From assembly GCA_049584655.1 (NCBI GenBank), contig JBAUYF010000007.1, positions 27,288-91,287 on the forward strand: a stretch of DNA of 64,000 nt, read 5' to 3'. Positions 19,383 through 28,417 of this stretch are shown here, piece by piece. Numbering within the stretch: position 1 is the first letter of the stretch; each line of letters opens with the position of its first letter. The notes under the pieces are model-generated. The model was given only the letters and a program-made list of their open reading frames with translations. It was not told where the DNA came from and ran no database searches. Made by a program: the position numbers and the translations under genes. Source of the DNA: Thermoplasmata archaeon. Lineage in GTDB: Archaea; Thermoplasmatota; Thermoplasmata; Lutacidiplasmatales; UBA184.

Positions 19383-19934
19383 TTATGAGGTCGCGTCGAC
19401 GACCGCCGCCCCGAGCGATGCGGCTTCGTCTTCGATCCACGCGAGCACGACGAAATACCAGCTCATGGCGAGCAGTAGCGGGAGTTCCGGATGGGTTCGA
19501 CCGAGCGGGTCAATCGACACGAGGGCCCCCACGAGCCGACCGGATTGACGAACCGGCTCGATCTCGAGTAACTTCGTCTCTTTCGAGTCGCAAAGATTCC
19601 ACGCCGGCACCAAGAGGCCCGCGCGTCGAAAGGAGTAGGATGCGCCCCCCCGGATTTCTAAGAGATGAGACCGCGAATGGACGGTCATCCGGGCGAGGTC
19701 GACGTTCTGCCCCGGTCGACGCGCGGTGAGATGTGGGTTGAGAAAGCCGGAGCGCTTGAGCGTCCACTCGTCCCCGACGGTCGCCACATGCGCGAGCGAC
19801 CCAATGTGCTTTTCCCAACTCATGACCGCGACGGTCGCGTCGCCGGCCTTTAACGCGTACTCGTGCCGGTCTTCCGTCGATCGGACCCAACGAACGGTGT
19901 TGAGGTCGGCGGCAGCGAAGGCAGTGAGTTCCAT
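19383..19934 (-). CDS. Hypothetical protein
   Basis: 183 aa with no recognisable motif and a hydrophobic C-terminus. Confidence 0.45.
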   Translation of the reverse strand: MELTAFAAADLNTVRWVRSTEDRHEYALKAGDATVAVMSWEKHIGSLAHVATVGDEWTLKRSGFLNPHLTARRPGQNVDLARMTVHSRSHLLEIRGGASYSFRRAGLLVPAWNLCDSKETKLLEIEPVRQSGRLVGALVSIDPLGRTHPELPLLLAMSWYFVVLAWIEDEAASLGAAVVDATS

Positions 19935-20021
19935 CGGGGCGGCCCACCGTCGCGCCCGTTCTTAAGGGAACCGGCCGGGTTGCAGCCGATTCGGATTTTC
20001 CGAGCTCGCATGAGCGCGGAA

Positions 20022-20738
20022 TCACGATTTTGACGGCGAACTCCGACGAAGACCATCCAGGTCGTGCTTCAACAGATCGAGCTCATGGACCGCCACATCG
20101 CTTTCACCTTCCGAAGCGAGCGGAGTGAGGGGAATGGCCGCCCGGGCCGGAGGGGGAGGAGGCGGCGGAGGAGGCAAGAACGAAGTCGCCGGGCCGGCCA
20201 CGGATGCCGCCTTCACGGAGACCCCCCGTACGCCCCCCGGGTCCAACCTTCGAGACTTCGAAGAAATCACCGCCGGAGTACGGGGAGGGGGTGACGGAAG
20301 TGTCCGTAGGGATCCCGCGGAGGTCGATTTTCTTGGCGGGGCCGTTGGAGTTTCCTCCGGTTCATCCTCCTCGGCGAAATAGGAAATGACTCCGCCAACA
20401 CCGGCCACGATTCCGAGCACCAAGAACAAGATCCACAGATGGAAACCGCCGGCACCCACCGTCGGCTCGAGCGACCAGGTGAGAAGGGCTCCGACCAGCA
20501 GGATCCAGGATGGGAAGAGCAGCGGGAAGCAGCCCCCGATGCGGCGGAAGAAATCATTCGGGGCGCGCCGTTCTGCTGGATCCGGTCGACCATGTACATC
20601 GGGAAGGGGCCGACCGGTAACGCGGGGGGCGGGCGGGTCCGGGGAGGACGCAGGCGTCAGGGCGTCTTCGTCCCAATCGGGGGCATACATGCTGTGGGGA
20701 GCCATCGGCGCAATCTGGAATAATTCGAGGAGGGCCAA
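20022..20738 (-). CDS. Hypothetical membrane protein with proline-rich (PPPPPPPPP) segment
   Basis: 238 aa. Two or three TM helices are followed by an acidic and Pro-rich cytoplasmic region. Confidence 0.5.
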   Translation of the reverse strand: MALLELFQIAPMAPHSMYAPDWDEDALTPASSPDPPAPRVTGRPLPDVHGRPDPAERRAPNDFFRRIGGCFPLLFPSWILLVGALLTWSLEPTVGAGGFHLWILFLVLGIVAGVGGVISYFAEEDEPEETPTAPPRKSTSAGSLRTLPSPPPRTPAVISSKSRRLDPGGVRGVSVKAASVAGPATSFLPPPPPPPPPARAAIPLTPLASEGESDVAVHELDLLKHDLDGLRRSSPSKS

Positions 20739-21122
20739 TTCAATGTATCGCCGCTGTGGCGAGGCAGGGTGGCCCTGGTCGACTTCGACTCGTAAGGGGA
20801 CGGTCTACCGCCGAACGGGGCTGGGCTTATGCGGAACTACTTCCTATCCCGAAGCCGGAGGATTTCTGCCGCACTACACGTTGGCTCCCGCCTCGCCCAC
20901 TCGAGATCCAGAGAGGGAATTCGACCTTTGTTCTCGTTGCATGGTCGAACCCGAGATTATTCGGGTGGTCGCCGTAAAGAAATCCGGGCTTGCCTTGGGT
21001 TCCGATGCCAATCCAGCCGTTATCAAGGTCCCGCACACGTCCTACGATTTCGCGCCGCGACCAATTCCGTGCATCTCGTGTGCCCGGATACTATCCGCGG
21101 ACGACGATTGAACTCCGGAACG

Positions 21123-21488
21123 CTACCGCTTCGCGACGAGAAACAAGATCCCGCTGATCAAGAGGCAGAGGGAGGCCAGGATCGCAAGAACGCCGGACGC
21201 AAAACCTAACGCGAGCCATCCGACGACCGCCATTACCACGAGGATGATCCCGGCCGCCAAACTCTCGTCGCCCCATCGTGACCTTCCGAGAATCGCAAAA
21301 AATCCGGCGATAAGCCCGACGACAATGAAAACGATCGACTGATCCAGGGACGAGAACGACGCCCCCGCTCGATGAGTCGCGAGGAAAAAGGCGCCCTTGA
21401 AGAAGTCAAAGATGCCGTCTAAGACCAGTAAGGCAGCCCCCAGCAAGCCAAACAGCAATCCAAGCGGGCGGTCCGAGCGGTACGTCAC
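21123..21488 (-). CDS. Small hypothetical membrane protein
   Basis: 121 aa with 3-4 TM helices. Confidence 0.5.
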   Translation of the reverse strand: MTYRSDRPLGLLFGLLGAALLVLDGIFDFFKGAFFLATHRAGASFSSLDQSIVFIVVGLIAGFFAILGRSRWGDESLAAGIILVVMAVVGWLALGFASGVLAILASLCLLISGILFLVAKR

Positions 21489-21765
21489 AGTCCCTCCTCA
21501 GCTACCGCGTGCGCCTCCGGCTCGGGAGGATATAAACCGTTCACGCTCGGCCCCGACGGCATGTCGCATTCTAGCTCTCCGAATGACATTCGATCCGAGC
21601 GAGTTAGTGTCTAGCCCCGGAGCAAGGAAGCCTCCCCTTGCCCAAATCGGGAATCTCGACGAACAGTCGCGCCCGAATACGCAACTGTCGTGGCCCATCC
21701 GTCGTAGGAAAGGTCGGAAATCCGAGGGCAAGGTTTTTCATCTCGGCCCGGACTCCAAACGCCGC

Positions 21766-21872
21766 GGCCGGGATGGGGTAGCTTGGCCTATCCTGGGGGA
21801 CTGTGGATCCCTCGACCCGGGTTCAAAGAGAGGCGGGAACCACCCCACCTCTGGGAACTCTCGGTCCCGGCC
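21766..21872 (+). tRNA. tRNA-His (anticodon GUG) with genome-encoded G-1 and a ~31-nt insertion in the T-loop (putative non-canonical intron)
   Basis: The acceptor stem GCCGGGA/UCCCGGC is a perfect 7 bp. G-1 pairs with the C73 discriminator. U8, A14, G18G19, A21 and R26 are present. The anticodon arm is GGGGA-CUGUGGA-UCCCU (U33, GUG, G37). The T-stem 5' half CCGGG is followed by the canonical UUCAAA. The T-stem 3' half CUCGG sits 38 nt downstream with G53-C61 preserved. The inserted segment (~21828-21858) can form an AGAGG/CCUCU helix. Confidence 0.7.
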
Positions 21873-22775
21873 CTACCGCCGCCGCCCCGGCTTCTTCGCG
21901 CCCCTGCGGGACGATTTCTTACGGTTCGACGCCTTCGATGGACCGCGCTCAAGTTCGGCGAGTTTTTCGGGGAGCGCCGACAACGAGTAGTCCGCCCACG
22001 CGGCTCCCCAGCTTCGAAGATCTTCGGGGGTTAGTCCCCAACCGTGAAGCGACGATGCGCGCCCGATGGGAGTGACCCCTTCCACCGAAGCGGCAGCTTC
22101 CATATCGAATCGGGAGTCCCCGATCAAAAAGATCCGTGCGCCCGGATACCGCCGTCGGTACTCCTGGAGATGTTCCCGCTTCGTGCCTTGCGCCGAGCCC
22201 AAGACATCCTCGAACCAGAATCGCAATCCCTCGCGTTCGAGCAGCAAATCCGCCATCTCGGTTTCCGCTCCCGTCGAGATCACGAGGGTCCAGTGTTCTT
22301 GTGAGAGCCGTTTCAATAGCTTGGGCACCTCGGGGAACGGGCCCGCATGGGCATACGCTTCCGTTACCTTGCGGCCGTGGAACGTCCGGGCTGTGGCGGC
22401 TCGGAGCGTTGCCGGGGCATTTCCGTAGAGCTGGGACAGTTGAGCTTCGAATGGCATGCCGGTCGTGGCGAGGTAGTGAATGCGACCCTCTTCGATCGGA
22501 GTTCCAAAGGCGGTATGCATGACATCCGCGGCCACATGGCTGATGAGGGAGATATCGTCGAGAATCGTGCCATCCATGTCGAAGACGACGACTCCGCGTT
22601 CAACGTGAGTAGGAACAACTTCGCGCGGGAGGGTCGGGAGCCGGGAGATTTCGGAGAACTGGGAGGCGGCAGAGGAGACGATCGGGAGTTCGAGGCCTTC
22701 CAAGGGAGCGTCCGGAGGAGCGGGTTCCGGAGGTGGTGACGAGGAGTGAGAGGGCTTGCGGGCGCGCGGCTTCAT
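21873..22775 (-). CDS. HAD-superfamily hydrolase (phosphatase)
   Basis: Motif I VVFDMDGTI, motif II/III region, and a C-terminal Lys-rich tail. The true start is probably internal (near 22620-22640), because motif I normally lies close to the N-terminus. Confidence 0.75.
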   Translation of the reverse strand: MKPRARKPSHSSSPPPEPAPPDAPLEGLELPIVSSAASQFSEISRLPTLPREVVPTHVERGVVVFDMDGTILDDISLISHVAADVMHTAFGTPIEEGRIHYLATTGMPFEAQLSQLYGNAPATLRAATARTFHGRKVTEAYAHAGPFPEVPKLLKRLSQEHWTLVISTGAETEMADLLLEREGLRFWFEDVLGSAQGTKREHLQEYRRRYPGARIFLIGDSRFDMEAAASVEGVTPIGRASSLHGWGLTPEDLRSWGAAWADYSLSALPEKLAELERGPSKASNRKKSSRRGAKKPGRRR

Positions 22776-22892
22776 CGGCCGGGGGAGCCCAGCCCCCTCT
22801 TAAGAGCCGCCTCGCCCTTTACCTCGACCTATCAGGACTCACGAGTTGCCTTGGGTAACTCCGTCCGGCCCTTAGCACGAGCGAGGAATACG

Positions 22893-24248
22893 ATGCATCC
22901 GAGCCGAGCGATCCGAGGTCGAACTTCGCAGCTGTTGAGCAAGCGCCGGATAATTCTCGGAATATCTGGGTCCATCGCTGCAGTCGAAGTCGTTCGAATC
23001 ATTCGAGAGCTAATCCGACACGGTGCGGATGTTCAAGCTGTCATGAGCGCCGAGGCGACTCGTATCATTACCCCGGAGGCGGTCGCGTTCGCAACGGGTC
23101 ATCCTCCCGTGACCCAGCTCTCCGGCGCGGTGGAACATGTTTCGTTCCTTGGCCCGGGGGAAGATCGGGCCGACCTATTCCTCATCGCTCCCGCCACCGC
23201 CAACACGATCTCCAAGATCGCCCACGGTATCGATGACACTCCCGTGACTTCGTTCGCCTCCGTGGCCCTGGGCGGGGGCGTACCGATCCTGATCGCTCCG
23301 GCGATGCACGCGCACATGGGACGCAACCCGGCGGTTCAGGAAAGTCTCGACCGCCTACGCGGCTGGGGTGTCGGAGTTATTGCCTCCCAAGCCGCGGAAG
23401 GAGAGGAGAAGCTCGCGACGCCCGAAGAGGTTGCGGCGGCCGTACTCCATCGACTCGCACGCGGACCTTGGGTCGGTGGAAGCGTGATCGTTATCGGAGG
23501 TGCCTCACGGGAGTCGATAGATGAGGTCCGATCGATCACGAATGAGAGCAGCGGGACGTTCGCCGTCGCGCTTGCCACCCAAGCGCACTATCGGGGCGCC
23601 GATGTTCAGTTTTGGGCGGGCGCGTTGCAAGTGCCCGTTCCCACCTTCTTGTCTCGACAGTCTTGGCGAGGAGTCACCGACCTGATCGAGTTGGCTCGAT
23701 CGCATGCCTTGGAGCTCTCGGCCGCCCGAGCCGTGATCGTACCGGCGGCATTGTCTGACTTTTCAGTCTCCAGCCTCCCCGGGAAAATATCTTCCCGAGA
23801 ACATCCGACGCTCTCGTTGAAGCTGGATCGTGCGCCGAAGGTACTCCCCGAACTCCGGCGATTAGCTCCCCCGCCGGTACGATTGGTGGGATTCAAGCTT
23901 GAAGCGGACACCGCCCCCGCCGCACTCGAGCGGGAGGGTCGTGCGATGTTGGAGGAGGCGCACCTCGACTGGGTGATTGCCAATGACGCGAAGACGCTCG
24001 GAAATCTCAATGTCAACGCCTACGTGCTCAAGCGATCCGGGGGTGGCCACTGGATTCAAGGGCCCAAGGCAGAAGTTGCCGGGAAGATTTGGGACGACCT
24101 TGGGCGCGAAATCGCCGACATCCCATCAACGACGGCGGTGGCATCCGTGTCCGCTTCGGCGAGAACGGCTGACTCGCAAGGATCGCGTCACGGGTCGCTG
24201 CGACGCCGTGCGGCGCGGGGTGGACGGCGCCGGGCCCGTCGGTCTTAA
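22893..24248 (+). CDS. coaBC: Bifunctional phosphopantothenoylcysteine decarboxylase / phosphopantothenate-cysteine ligase
   Basis: N-terminal flavoprotein domain (ILGISGSIAA..APATANTISKIAHGIDD) and C-terminal CoaB domain (VIGGASRESIDEVRSITNESSG). Likely start MHPSRAIRG. Has an Arg-rich C-terminal extension. Confidence 0.9.
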   Translation: MHPSRAIRGRTSQLLSKRRIILGISGSIAAVEVVRIIRELIRHGADVQAVMSAEATRIITPEAVAFATGHPPVTQLSGAVEHVSFLGPGEDRADLFLIAPATANTISKIAHGIDDTPVTSFASVALGGGVPILIAPAMHAHMGRNPAVQESLDRLRGWGVGVIASQAAEGEEKLATPEEVAAAVLHRLARGPWVGGSVIVIGGASRESIDEVRSITNESSGTFAVALATQAHYRGADVQFWAGALQVPVPTFLSRQSWRGVTDLIELARSHALELSAARAVIVPAALSDFSVSSLPGKISSREHPTLSLKLDRAPKVLPELRRLAPPPVRLVGFKLEADTAPAALEREGRAMLEEAHLDWVIANDAKTLGNLNVNAYVLKRSGGGHWIQGPKAEVAGKIWDDLGREIADIPSTTAVASVSASARTADSQGSRHGSLRRRAARGGRRRARRS

Positions 24249-24280
24249 TAGCCGCGGCACCTGCGCGGCCGAGGTTTCGC

Positions 24281-25420
24281 ATGGTGAAACTGGCCGAATG
24301 GCGAGGCAAAGAGATTCTGCGCCGGTACGCCATTCCGCTTCCTCGGGGGCAGGTAGCCCGAACCCCCCAGGAAGCTGCGGAAGTCATCCGAGCCGGGCGC
24401 GTACCGCTCCCCGCCGTCATCAAGGCTCAAGTCCTGGCCGGAGGCCGGGGGAAGGGCGGGTTCGTCCGTTTCGGGAACACCGCCGAGGAAGTCAGTCTGG
24501 CGGCGGCCGGAATCCTCGGACTTGAATTCAAGGGCGAGAAAGTCAAAGAGGTTCTGATCGAAGAGAAGCTCTCGATCGGACGAGAGCTCTATGTTTCGCT
24601 AACTCTCGATCGGAGCCTCCGACTGCCGGTCCTTCTGACGAGCGCCCAAGGAGGAGTGGAGATCGAATCCGTCCCGGACGACCAGTTGGTCCGACAGTCG
24701 ATCCACCCGTTCACGGGGTTGGTCACTTACGAGAAGAGACGGGCGGGCCAATCGCTCGGCCTCTCCGGTGGTCCAGCCAAAGCGTTGAATCCCCTCCTCG
24801 ACGCTCTGTGGCAGATCTTCGAGAAGGAAGATGCCGAACTGGTCGAGATCAATCCGCTCGCCATTGTAGGTGATGGCTTGGTCGCCCTCGACGCGAAAGT
24901 AATTATCGAGGACGATGCCGGATTCCGCCACCCCGACTACGCGACAATACTCGATGATCGAACTCCGCTCGAAGAGATCGCGCGCGAGAAAGAGATTGCC
25001 TTTGTCCAATTGGATGGGAACATTGGCGTCATCGCGAATGGCGCGGGATTGACCATGGCCACGTTGGACGTGCTCAAGGAGTTCGGCGGTGACCCCGGCG
25101 TTTTCCTCGACCTCGGAGGGACCGACGACCCGGCGAAGGTCACCGAGGCGTTTCTCCTCATGGCCAAAGCAAAGCCGAAGGTCGTCTTCCTCAACATCTT
25201 CGGCGGGGTCACCCGCTGCGATACGGTCGCGCGGGGCTTAGTCGAGGCGATGAAGCAAGTTGTCCCCGCCGAGCGATTCCCACTCGTCGCTCGAATTCGC
25301 GGTAACAACGAGAACGAGGGCCGCGCAATCCTCAAGGAAGCAGGAATAACCTCCCTCTCCAATCTGAAAGAGTCCGCCCAGGCCGTGGTCGCGCTCGCCC
25401 ACCCGGGAGTTTCGTCATGA
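24281..25420 (+). CDS. sucC: Succinyl-CoA ligase (ADP-forming) beta subunit
   Basis: ATP-grasp N-terminus (MVKLAEWRGKEIL..) and CoA-ligase C-terminus. Overlaps sucD by 4 nt. Confidence 0.95.
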   Translation: MVKLAEWRGKEILRRYAIPLPRGQVARTPQEAAEVIRAGRVPLPAVIKAQVLAGGRGKGGFVRFGNTAEEVSLAAAGILGLEFKGEKVKEVLIEEKLSIGRELYVSLTLDRSLRLPVLLTSAQGGVEIESVPDDQLVRQSIHPFTGLVTYEKRRAGQSLGLSGGPAKALNPLLDALWQIFEKEDAELVEINPLAIVGDGLVALDAKVIIEDDAGFRHPDYATILDDRTPLEEIAREKEIAFVQLDGNIGVIANGAGLTMATLDVLKEFGGDPGVFLDLGGTDDPAKVTEAFLLMAKAKPKVVFLNIFGGVTRCDTVARGLVEAMKQVVPAERFPLVARIRGNNENEGRAILKEAGITSLSNLKESAQAVVALAHPGVSS

Positions 25421-26301
25421 GCGTTCTCGTCGACGAATCGACCCGCGTCGTAGTCCAAGGGATCACCGGTCACCAGGGGACGGTCCACACGCGACAGATG
25501 CGGGCCTTCGGCACCAAGGTCGTCGCCGGCGTCACTCCCGGAAAGGGGGGTTCCACGGTCGAAGACGTTCCGGTGTTCGATACGGTCCGCGAGGCGGTCG
25601 ACCGAACCGAGGCGAACGCGGCTTGCATTTTCGTCCCCGCACCTTACACAAAGGACGCACTCATCGAGTCGGTAGACGCCGGCCTCCGACTGGCCGTCAT
25701 CGTCACGGAGCACATTCCGTTCCACGATATGCTTGTGATGTACCACTACGCCCGCGCCGAAGGCGCTCGGATCATTGGCCCAAACTGCCCCGGCATCGCC
25801 GCGCCTGGGAAAGCCAAGGTCGGGATTATTCCAAATGTCGTGTTCCAACCCGGACGGATCGGGGTGATTTCGCGCAGCGGGACCTTGACCTATGAGATCG
25901 TGAACGGGATCAAGGAACACGGACTCGGCCAGAGCACCTGTATCGGACTGGGAGGGGATCCCGTCGTCGGAACTTCTTTTGTGGACGCGCTCCCGTTCTT
26001 CGAGAAGGACCCGGAGACCGACCTCCTCGTGCTCGTCGGCGAGATCGGCGGAACAGCCGAGGAGGACGCCGCCGAGTACATCCGAGATCACTTCACCAAG
26101 CCGGTCGTCGCCTACGTCGCCGGCCGCTCGGCTCCCCCAGGAAAGCGAATGGGCCATGCGGGTGCGATCATCGCACGAGGCAAGGGAACCGCGGAGAGCA
26201 AGCTCAAAGCTTTGCAGGCAGCCGGCGCCGTCGTGGCACGATTTCCCTACGAGATCCCCGACCTCGTAGCGCAGCGTTGGAAGGTATCGAATCGCCGATG
26301 A
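25417..26301 (+). CDS. sucD: Succinyl-CoA ligase alpha subunit
   Basis: CoA-binding [11 protein letters not shown] motif and the phospho-histidine region GHAGAII. Confidence 0.95.
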   Translation: MSVLVDESTRVVVQGITGHQGTVHTRQMRAFGTKVVAGVTPGKGGSTVEDVPVFDTVREAVDRTEANAACIFVPAPYTKDALIESVDAGLRLAVIVTEHIPFHDMLVMYHYARAEGARIIGPNCPGIAAPGKAKVGIIPNVVFQPGRIGVISRSGTLTYEIVNGIKEHGLGQSTCIGLGGDPVVGTSFVDALPFFEKDPETDLLVLVGEIGGTAEEDAAEYIRDHFTKPVVAYVAGRSAPPGKRMGHAGAIIARGKGTAESKLKALQAAGAVVARFPYEIPDLVAQRWKVSNRR

Positions 26302-26345
26302 CCCCTGGGGATGGACGCCCGGCATCGGTCGAGGAAGCAGGCGAG

Positions 26346-26525
26346 ATGTGCGCCGTTCCCGGCTGCGGGGGCGAATCGGTCCGCCACCTTTCGTTGGCGG
26401 AAGCTCGAAAAGTGTTCACCTCGCTCCCCGAAAGGGGCCGACGAGCGCCGTTATGTCGAGACCATTACAAAGAATGGAAAAAGCGGACCAAGGAAGCCCG
26501 CAAGCTCGACCGACTGACGTGGTAA
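26346..26525 (+). CDS. Small hypothetical protein with CxxC..C..H motif
   Basis: MCAVPGCGG..LCRDHYKEWKKRTKEARK. The alternative start at 26277 would overlap sucD. Confidence 0.3.
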   Translation: MCAVPGCGGESVRHLSLAEARKVFTSLPERGRRAPLCRDHYKEWKKRTKEARKLDRLTW

Positions 26526-26848
26526 GGCGTCTCGAACGAGTTCTCCGATTCGCCAGGAACGGGTTTTGGGGACCCGAACCTCTCAGGTCCCCTACTTACT
26601 GTTTCCGCATCTTTTGCGCCCGCATGCGTCGGCGCATCCGCTTCTTGCGCCATTTCCACCGCATGTGGCCGCGTTTCTTCCAAACGCGCGAGCTACGTTT
26701 CATTCAGTTCTCGTCCAGAGCGGCGCGGGTTACTTTCGTCCGCTTATTAAGGTGCCCGAGGGACGCCCCGTCTGTCCGAGGTGAAACTCGTGCCTCGCCC
26801 GCCGCGGGCGCCCCGGCCCTTATGTAGGAGCCGCCACTCGGCTCGATT

Positions 26849-27265
26849 GTGCTGGACACGGCCGACCTCGAGGTGAATATTCTCGAATTCCACGGCAAGA
26901 ACTTCGCCTTCGATCGTTTGGCCTCCCTCGCCGAGGAGGAATTTGCGATCTTCCTGCGGACCGAGACCGAAAGCGAGAGCAAGTTGCGCCCGAAGCTCGT
27001 TCGCCTACGCGTCGTCGTGCCGCGCGAGTGGGTCCTCTTCGATTTGGCGGCCGACCTTTTGGTCTTGGGGCGTGACGGAAAAACGCCGGGCGCTCGCTCG
27101 ACCGAAGCGGCGATCGAGGCGGCGGCGGAAAAGGCTGAGTTCAAAGAACAAGGGATCACCTGGCGCCGCGCCAAGCTGGCGGACGGAGGGTTCGCGTACG
27201 TCCCCGAGGAGCTGGCCTCTCAGCTGCTCGAATCCGGCGGCCTCGCGTCGCTCGGCGTCCAGTGA
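26849..27265 (+). CDS. Hypothetical protein
   Basis: 138 aa, acidic, no recognisable motifs. Confidence 0.4.
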   Translation: MLDTADLEVNILEFHGKNFAFDRLASLAEEEFAIFLRTETESESKLRPKLVRLRVVVPREWVLFDLAADLLVLGRDGKTPGARSTEAAIEAAAEKAEFKEQGITWRRAKLADGGFAYVPEELASQLLESGGLASLGVQ

Positions 27266-27277
27266 CGCGACTCCAAG

Positions 27278-28417
27278 TCAGAGCACGCCCATCGCCGTCA
27301 GTTTCTCCGGCAAATAGTGCTCCGTCACGTAGTTGAGTCCGTACTTGGCCAGCGACTGCTGCTCCGCCTTCTTGCCATTTCGCAACATCAGCTCGATCTC
27401 GGAACGCCAGTCCGCGGTTGCAAAGCGCGGGTCGGTCAGTTCGGCTTGGAGGGCGCGCACGTCCTGCTCGGACAGCTTGTCGTGCGGGAGCGCGTAATTC
27501 TCGATATCGGACGCGGTGACCCCGAGGAACTCAGCGGCGGGCGTGGCGAGGTAGTGCGAGATGTGCGCCGTCTTGATCGCTCCGTAGGCGACGGAGGCGA
27601 AGATACGAAACGACCAGGGATCGCCATCCGTGAAGACGACGACGGGGAGATGCAGCTCTTCGTTCATTCGTTTGAGGAAGCGACGGGTCGATCGAGCCGG
27701 TTGTCCCTTCAAGTGAAGTAAAATCGCGTGGTAATCCTCATCGAAATTATTCTCGGCCAGTCGATCTACCATTCCTCCGCATTCGATCGCGATCACGAAC
27801 TTGGCATTCGTCGATAAGAATCGGATCTTTTCCTTCTCGACGTTGAACGGCAGCGCGTAGCCTCCATCGCCGACGTCGTCCTTGCAGTTAATCTTCTTGA
27901 CCGCCCCCTTGCGGTTCGTCTCCCGGATGGTCAGGTCGCCGAGCACCGAGGCGCCATTCTCCTCGGGATGAAGTCGGAAATCTTCCCGAAGGCGCTCGCA
28001 CAAGACTTCCAGATCCTCGATGAGTAGATTCGATTCATCCTCGCTGTGGAACTTCGACTCCTCCCATCCTTCCGAGATATAGTACAGCTCCCGCAACGTC
28101 GACGTCTTGTGGTCGCGGGCCATCTCGTTGATGAAATCTACGAGATAGAACGTGCGCAGCAGCATCAAGGCTCCATCGAGTTTCCGCGCGCTTCGAGTTC
28201 CGAGCGCTCGTCCGAGTCGCCACACACCCTCGCGCATCTGGAACTGGATATTCTGTTTCGTACGAAGCGGAAGGCGCATCCGGGGAATTTCTCCATCCGC
28301 GAGCTGCTGGTAGATTTGGGCGGCGAGTGCCTGGGTCGGCTGTAACGCGTCCGAGCGGATCGCCCGGTCGTCTTCCTCACTCGTCTTCTTCGACTTCGGC
28401 GCTGCTTTCCGCGGCAT
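27278..28417 (-). CDS. top6A: DNA topoisomerase VI subunit A (Spo11-like)
   Basis: Toprim/winged-helix architecture. [13 protein letters not shown] and the catalytic Tyr region are conserved. The start is likely [11 protein letters not shown], which overlaps the end of top6B. Confidence 0.9.
   Translation of the reverse strand: MPRKAAPKSKKTSEEDDRAIRSDALQPTQALAAQIYQQLADGEIPRMRLPLRTKQNIQFQMREGVWRLGRALGTRSARKLDGALMLLRTFYLVDFINEMARDHKTSTLRELYYISEGWEESKFHSEDESNLLIEDLEVLCERLREDFRLHPEENGASVLGDLTIRETNRKGAVKKINCKDDVGDGGYALPFNVEKEKIRFLSTNAKFVIAIECGGMVDRLAENNFDEDYHAILLHLKGQPARSTRRFLKRMNEELHLPVVVFTDGDPWSFRIFASVAYGAIKTAHISHYLATPAAEFLGVTASDIENYALPHDKLSEQDVRALQAELTDPRFATADWRSEIELMLRNGKKAEQQSLAKYGLNYVTEHYLPEKLTAMGVL

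Noticed and set aside
20386-21111. 241-aa plus-strand ORF spanning the 20.7-21.1 kb gap
   Set aside because: The first half is antisense to the Pro-rich membrane protein gene, composition is Arg/Ser/Gly-biased, and there are no motifs. The gap is kept as a finding.
21397-21990. 197-aa plus-strand ORF across the tRNA-His locus
   Set aside because: It overlaps the small membrane gene, the tRNA-His and the HAD gene, and has low-complexity Arg/Pro/Ser composition. The tRNA explains the intergenic space better.
22746-22892. N-terminal 49-aa extension of coaBC in the supplied ORF
   Set aside because: The extension is Pro/Arg-rich and overlaps the divergent HAD gene region. The conserved CoaC domain begins right after the internal Met (MHPSRAIRG), so that Met is the likely start.
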